This document shows positions 26,384 through 32,000 of a stretch of 32,000 nt of DNA, piece after piece. This DNA comes from Candidatus Hermodarchaeota archaeon. GTDB taxonomy: Archaea; Asgardarchaeota; Heimdallarchaeia; Hodarchaeales; Hodarchaeaceae. The position numbers were made by a program, and so were the translations under genes. The number at the start of each line of letters is the position of its first letter. Positions within the stretch are counted from its first letter, which is position 1. The notes under the pieces were generated by a model. That model ran no database searches, was not told the DNA's origin, and saw nothing but the letters and a program-made list of their open reading frames with translations. Location of the stretch: positions 90,947 through 122,946 of the forward strand of contig JBHLKY010000008.1 of NCBI GenBank assembly GCA_048886185.1. The letters run 5' to 3'.

Positions 26384-29035
26384 TTGCAAACTACAATGGA
26401 AATATTAAAATCTTCAACCTCAGACATTACCTTTACTGTTGATACTGAAAATGTATCTATTCATGAACAAGACTTCATTCTGATCATTGATTCTGAAAAA
26501 CAATATTTAGCTCAAGTTTCACATTTAGTTCACACTAAAGGGGAGGAAATAAAAGGAAATGCAATCATCCTTGGGGAAATCAATCTTGACAATTATTCTC
26601 TTTCATCCTGTAGATTCCCAATATCCTCTCAAGCGCTAATCCAGCATCCACCAAAAGGATTAGTTTCAAAGATTATTTCTTATCGAGGAGATCAGGGGAT
26701 ATATTTGGGAGATGTAATAACTTACAGTAATATTACAGACCCATTTCTCATATCGCCACGATTCCTGGAACGTCATGTGCTTTGTGTTGCAAGTACTGGT
26801 GCTGGAAAATCGTACAGTGTTGGTGTGTTATTAGAAGAAATCATTATGAAGTTTCAATCCGCTGCTGTCTTATTATTTGACATTCATAATGAATATTGGG
26901 GATTAGCTCAACCGAATGATGGCCCAGAGACTGAAAACCTTGATTATGAGGGATACTCACCGCGAGGTTTTCAATCAAATATTCTAATTTTCGAAAAAGA
27001 CTCTTTAGGATTAGGGATATACTTTGATTTACCACGATTACGACGATTACTTGATTTAACGGCGGCACAAGAAAACTCACTTTCGAATTTAGTTAGCAAT
27101 CCCATTTCACTTGAAGACTTAATTTCATTGATTGAGGATTCGAATATCCATAGTTCAACACGAGATACTCTACTTTCAAAGATTTATTCTCTTAAAAAAA
27201 TGCCTTTTTTTGAAAGAGAACTCGACCTAGAGGCTCTTATCTCCCCAGGACAAATATCTATTATTCGTTTGGACCAATTTGTTGACCAAAAAAAGCGTAA
27301 TCTTTTGGTTAATGAAATTCTGAATCAAATATTTGAAAAGAAAATGCGTGGGGATTTAATAAGAGAACATGAAGTCATTCTAGTAATTGAAGAGGCACAT
27401 CGCTTCACGGGGTCTAATGAAATCTTACCAAGAATTGCCAGAGAGGGACGAAAGTTCGGAATATATGAAATTCTAATCTCTCAACGACCAGCTGATTTCC
27501 CAGATACTATTATTGCGAATATGAATACATTAATTGCACTAAGAATAAGATCTGATAAAGATATCAATAAAATTCGCTTGATGGAAGGAATAAGTAGTGA
27601 AGTGGTGTCAAGATTACCTCATCTTATTCGGGGAGAAGCTTTAATTGTGGGACTACAGGGTGGTCCTGTTAAGATCCAAGTACGTCCTCGTTTATCAAAA
27701 CATATTGATCCTCAAGAAGATAAGATGCCTGATACTCTCCCTCGATATGGTCTGCCAAAAAAAATTATCAGTTCAGAAACACAAACTGATCTTTCAGAAG
27801 AAGAATTAGATTTTTCGATGTCAGAATCTCCTATAATTGAAGATGATGAATATATTCCCCAAACAGGGGAGAGTGAGGCATTTAATCACAAGGATTTAAC
27901 TAATTTACTTTCCTGTAAACATATTCTAATTCTTCATAAACGAACTGGAATCTGTATCCTCGAACATGGAATTACGATGTTGAAAATAGATCCTCAATTA
28001 GTTTCAGGATTTCTAAGCGCAATTTCTGGACTCTTTAGTGAACTGAAATCAGATCTCGTTAAGGAGCGATCTATTTTACGAATTTTCACAGAAGAGATAG
28101 GAGATCGTGCTTTCAAAATCATTACAGTAGAAGGTGCCTACTCTGTTACCGCTGTTATCCTAGATCGTACCCCAAAATATATCAACGACCTTAAACGACG
28201 CATGAGGAATTTTTCCTACATATTTGAAAAGGAGTATCAGAAAATTCTCGAAGATTTCGTTGGATTGATTGATGATTTTGCTCCTGTAATCAAACTTCTT
28301 GATTACCATTTAGGACTTTCTTTGATATCTCCCTTAAAAATAAATCAATCCTACAAAGGAAAAATACAGCATCAAGAATTATACGAGATTATCAGTGCAC
28401 AATCAGACCAGCTTGCAAGAACTGAGGGACTTTTTGCAATAGAGATAGTTAATCAATGTCTTCTAGATTCAGATTATAGTTATCGAAGTATTATAGAAGC
28501 CATAATTTCCTATCTTCATGATAAAGTTCTTGTACTTGTTGATCAAACTAGGATTTTACCTTCCTTTATCTCTCCACTCATATCAGAAGATCTGCAGCAG
28601 CCAACACTTGAAGAAATTGTCTCAGAGGAACCAACCACATCTGATTCATTGACTGATGTCATGGAGTATATTACTGAAGGAGAAAATAAAAAAATAGGAG
28701 AAGATGATATTAAGTGGTTTATAGACCTGAAACAGGACATCCAAATAACTTCCCTATCAGAATCTCTTACATCAGATATTTTAGAACGTGATTTATTATT
28801 TGAATCAGATTCAAGAATAAGAGCAAAATCTGTACGTCACATGATCTATTCCAAATCAGATCTACAACGTTGGGCTGCCTTAATGACTCACAAAGGATTC
28901 TCACTCTCTAAAAAAGACAAAAATCCTTTGAATGGCGTAAAAATCGCCTTGAGAGCTGATAATACCACAATTCTATGTTCTATTGCCCAAATAGAGACTG
29001 GTGAATATTGTTTCATTATTGGTGAGGCAGAGTAA
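26384..29035 (+). CDS. HerA/FtsK-family (DUF87) ATPase fused to a longin-like domain and further C-terminal domains
   Basis: N-terminal beta-barrel-like region; ASTGAGKSY; LFDIHNEY; VIEEAHRF; ISQRP; then HILILHKRTG...DPQLVSGFLSAI..F..E...FEKEY..L..F.G. Confidence 0.8.
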   Translation: MQTTMEILKSSTSDITFTVDTENVSIHEQDFILIIDSEKQYLAQVSHLVHTKGEEIKGNAIILGEINLDNYSLSSCRFPISSQALIQHPPKGLVSKIISYRGDQGIYLGDVITYSNITDPFLISPRFLERHVLCVASTGAGKSYSVGVLLEEIIMKFQSAAVLLFDIHNEYWGLAQPNDGPETENLDYEGYSPRGFQSNILIFEKDSLGLGIYFDLPRLRRLLDLTAAQENSLSNLVSNPISLEDLISLIEDSNIHSSTRDTLLSKIYSLKKMPFFERELDLEALISPGQISIIRLDQFVDQKKRNLLVNEILNQIFEKKMRGDLIREHEVILVIEEAHRFTGSNEILPRIAREGRKFGIYEILISQRPADFPDTIIANMNTLIALRIRSDKDINKIRLMEGISSEVVSRLPHLIRGEALIVGLQGGPVKIQVRPRLSKHIDPQEDKMPDTLPRYGLPKKIISSETQTDLSEEELDFSMSESPIIEDDEYIPQTGESEAFNHKDLTNLLSCKHILILHKRTGICILEHGITMLKIDPQLVSGFLSAISGLFSELKSDLVKERSILRIFTEEIGDRAFKIITVEGAYSVTAVILDRTPKYINDLKRRMRNFSYIFEKEYQKILEDFVGLIDDFAPVIKLLDYHLGLSLISPLKINQSYKGKIQHQELYEIISAQSDQLARTEGLFAIEIVNQCLLDSDYSYRSIIEAIISYLHDKVLVLVDQTRILPSFISPLISEDLQQPTLEEIVSEEPTTSDSLTDVMEYITEGENKKIGEDDIKWFIDLKQDIQITSLSESLTSDILERDLLFESDSRIRAKSVRHMIYSKSDLQRWAALMTHKGFSLSKKDKNPLNGVKIALRADNTTILCSIAQIETGEYCFIIGEAE

Positions 29036-29105
29036 AGGTCTAGCAGAAATTATGATTTATGTACACTCCTTCAATGTCTTATATTTGGACTTTATAATGG
29101 CTATC

Positions 29106-31721
29106 TTATCCAGAGGAGAATAGTTCGTCAATTGTTTCTATATCACCTTTAAAAACATCAAGATCTCCTAACCATGTTGGAAGAGTTTTTGCATATTTGT
29201 TTTCAAAGTTTATTAGAAACTCACTTAGTTTTTTGCGCAATTCAGTAGAAGTGCTATCTGCAAAAATCGCAGCAAAAACCCATTTAGCATATTCAATGGT
29301 TAGAACCACATCACCATGGTCGATAGTTTTTAACAGCTGTTCACTCCGCACAGCCTCTTTTGCGAAAGATGTAATAGCTGAAAAGAGACCAGCTACCAAT
29401 GCTGGCTCAACCTGAGATTCTGTTGCAAAAGTATGTGACAGAACAGCACGGCCGTCAAGCATCATTATATGGAGCGAGTCAATTGTAACCTCTTCATAAG
29501 AGTATGAGAATTCTCTATGTAAGACAGTAAGGATTTGATTGAACGGGACTTCAATATCAAAAGTTAGATCATCTAAGATTTGATAAATCTCTTTGGTACT
29601 CAACCCACTTCTTTTCGTTAACGCATCTAACGGTTTCAAAGTTCCAGTAATTGCATCATGTAGCTGTTGTCCCTTTTCAATCTCAGCCCAAGCTTCTTCC
29701 ACTCTCTGGTTTATTTCAGGATTGTCAACGGTAGCTGCTCCAATCAGAATTATATCAGATTTTCTATTTAATTCATTTAAACTAGGAAGTCTTCCTATAT
29801 CAGAATAAACCGATTTGTATTGAATTTTTTCTTCTCCTTCTACAGTGCTTTTCTGTGTTCGTATATGGAACTTCCGTCTCACTAAAAATAGAATAGTACC
29901 GTATGTCAATATTATGGCAAACGGATGTAAAAGATTATATGGAATTGAAAGAAGGCCGAGAAAAATACCACCCTCTCCTTTCCAAATTACTGGAATCCGA
30001 TGTAATTCTGGAATAATGAAATGAACATCACCAAAGATACCTTCTTTCCAAATATTAGTATACCATTGCAACCGTTCTCCTCCTCCAGCAATCCCAGACG
30101 TGAGTGTGATAAATGGAGGTATTAAAGGAACAGAATTAATAATGAAAATTGGATTATTAAGATTTAGAAACGGTATAAGTTTATATAAAGCTTCATCATA
30201 CCACAAAAAGAGTAATAGGCTGACGGAAGAAATCGATAAATAAGCAATCAACGTAGTTACAAGAATACTCCAATTCCATCTTCTGATTAACAGAATTAAA
30301 GCTGCACTTAAAAGAAAACTAAAATAATTTAGAGTAAACCAAAAAAATGTACTATATTGAACTGTTTCAATGTTGCGGGGAAATAAACCAGAGACGATGA
30401 CACGATAGACCAAAAAACCGATTGCAAGTAAAAAACCAATAATCACTCCCATAATGCATGATTTTACGATATTTGTAGAATTTATTCTCTTAAAAGCTAA
30501 TTTAAGATTTTTAAAAGACTCAATGAGCTTGATTAACAAATAAATTGAAAAAGGTTCGAAAATATCTAAAAAAAGAACAAAAAAAACTGAAACCATTATA
30601 AAATATACCACAAAAAAAGATACAACGAAAATTTGGTCAAAGTACTGAACTAAGAAGAGAATAACCGCGAGTCCTGACATAAACGCACCCACGGTCGATA
30701 GACTTTGAACCATAGCTACATATAGTTGATTTCCCAAGAATTTACCTTTTCTCGACAAACGACTTGCTTTAATAAGATAAACACTAAATACAATTGAAGC
30801 AATATAGGCAAAAAATATTTCTAGAAAATGTCCCATAGCAGTCCCTTGCAATAAACTCGGATTTTCGGTTTCTCCGAGTAATTGAAGAATTGTCATAAGA
30901 AGAAATAGTGTAATAGGGAGGATTGCAATGAGTACTTTCAATAACTCCCTTTCATTCCCCCAATCTTTTTCTTGAACCCGTTTTCTTATTTCTTGAAAAG
31001 GTGAGTCTTCCATTTCAAACTGAATCTCTTGTAATCTTTGAGTAACATTTCGTCCTTCTTTCAATTGCTGCTCTAAACCGAAAATATCGTTTTCTAGCGA
31101 GGTGATTTCACGATTAAGTACTTCTTTCTCATCTTCTCTTGCTACTTTCCGTTTCTTATTAAGGACTTTGAGCTCCTCAAGATTTTCTTTGATTAATCGT
31201 TTGATTGGTTTCTTTTCATTTCGATTTTCACCCCAAGTTTGATATAATAAAATTATCATTGAAATGATTGGAGAAATTCCAAAAACAAATGCGAGAATAA
31301 TGATTGGATAATATAAGTAATTGACAATTGAATTTATAAAATGTTGAAACATGTACTTTATTAATAGGGGCATTCCTGGGAGTCCAATAGCTGTTAGAAT
31401 GTCATTAATTGTTTCTTCATCAACGGCAGCTGAATCCCATACGGTAGTATACCCATATGTTCCTGAAACCGGATAATATTCTTGATCTAGATATTGAGTT
31501 GGATTTGGAACAACAGCATTTAAAATGCTGGGGAAAATAGAATATGCAATATAGAAGACGATAAAGCCTAAATATGCACGATTAAATATGATTGCGAACA
31601 AATTCTCGTCTTTTCGTCGTGTGAATAGGTAAGGTAAGAATAAGATAATTATAGGGGAGAAAGTTAATAGTAAAGACACAAAAAGATTAACTGGATCCAT
31701 TAAAGGGTCTATCCAAGCCAT
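29106..31721 (-). CDS. Polytopic membrane protein with cytoplasmic coiled coil and C-terminal longin-like domain
   Basis: About 12-14 hydrophobic segments; KE-rich coil; C-terminal SLHIMMLDG...EPALVAGLFSAITSFAKE...FENKY..L..W.GD...F. Confidence 0.75.
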   Translation of the reverse strand: MAWIDPLMDPVNLFVSLLLTFSPIIILFLPYLFTRRKDENLFAIIFNRAYLGFIVFYIAYSIFPSILNAVVPNPTQYLDQEYYPVSGTYGYTTVWDSAAVDEETINDILTAIGLPGMPLLIKYMFQHFINSIVNYLYYPIIILAFVFGISPIISMIILLYQTWGENRNEKKPIKRLIKENLEELKVLNKKRKVAREDEKEVLNREITSLENDIFGLEQQLKEGRNVTQRLQEIQFEMEDSPFQEIRKRVQEKDWGNERELLKVLIAILPITLFLLMTILQLLGETENPSLLQGTAMGHFLEIFFAYIASIVFSVYLIKASRLSRKGKFLGNQLYVAMVQSLSTVGAFMSGLAVILFLVQYFDQIFVVSFFVVYFIMVSVFFVLFLDIFEPFSIYLLIKLIESFKNLKLAFKRINSTNIVKSCIMGVIIGFLLAIGFLVYRVIVSGLFPRNIETVQYSTFFWFTLNYFSFLLSAALILLIRRWNWSILVTTLIAYLSISSVSLLLFLWYDEALYKLIPFLNLNNPIFIINSVPLIPPFITLTSGIAGGGERLQWYTNIWKEGIFGDVHFIIPELHRIPVIWKGEGGIFLGLLSIPYNLLHPFAIILTYGTILFLVRRKFHIRTQKSTVEGEEKIQYKSVYSDIGRLPSLNELNRKSDIILIGAATVDNPEINQRVEEAWAEIEKGQQLHDAITGTLKPLDALTKRSGLSTKEIYQILDDLTFDIEVPFNQILTVLHREFSYSYEEVTIDSLHIMMLDGRAVLSHTFATESQVEPALVAGLFSAITSFAKEAVRSEQLLKTIDHGDVVLTIEYAKWVFAAIFADSTSTELRKKLSEFLINFENKYAKTLPTWLGDLDVFKGDIETIDELFSSG

Positions 31722-32000
31722 AATTTTTCATCCTGCTAAGATTATTTTTGATTAAAAAGATCCTTTGTAGGAAATGAAGTATATTCATTCCTTTTAATAT
31801 GCTACATTAAAAATTATACTTACAGTATGACATTGGAAACTTATCAATATTGTTTTTAAAACTATTCTAAAGCTAGTACGTACCAATAACTTAATTTATT
31901 ATCGTATTTCAAGTGAAAAGGTTGGGTAATATCGATATTTCTATACCGATCAGTATTAGAAGAAAATATTAGTAGAAAGAGAAGAAAAAAATTAAAAAAA

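Noticed and set aside
2857-29808. Many 60-90 aa ORFs nested antisense within long genes (e.g. 5357, 8749, 11256, 12126, 13517, 15010, 21319, 25485, 26844, 28543, 29197, 29593)
   Set aside because: They are shadow frames of well-supported genes and have no motifs of their own.
1-32000. CRISPR arrays, transposases or integrases
   Set aside because: No regularly spaced repeats or DDE/tyrosine-recombinase motifs were seen.

Overview
An AT-rich archaeal housekeeping region, most likely from an Asgard archaeon (inferred from longin-like domains, an alpha-solenoid-RING protein, eL41 and archaeal MptE, Phr-like and beta-CASP genes). It holds 26 supportable CDSs (one, eL41, is missing from the ORF track), a tRNA-Val(CAC) and a putative heat-shock operon (hsp20-cdc48-PAC2-Phr-like). 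The standout is at 23566-23685 (minus strand): a complete 120-nt 5S rRNA gene that is circularly permuted. Its 3' half comes before its 5' half, and helix I is closed by a ~1-nt linker. Complementary flanking arms form a bulge-helix-bulge-like motif. Cleavage and ligation at the canonical splicing-endonuclease positions would rebuild the conserved 5S sequence CCCGGAA|GUUAAG as a covalent circle. The locus has its own TATA box and oligo-T terminator. Other notable items are a HerA-type ATPase fused to a longin-like domain, a membrane protein with a C-terminal longin-like domain, a membrane-anchored solenoid-RING protein, a tandem coiled-coil/winged-helix pair, an SNM1/Pso2-like nuclease beside a MutS-like ATPase, and a PTPS-III-type enzyme beside MptE. 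All calls come from reading motifs by eye; no searches were run.
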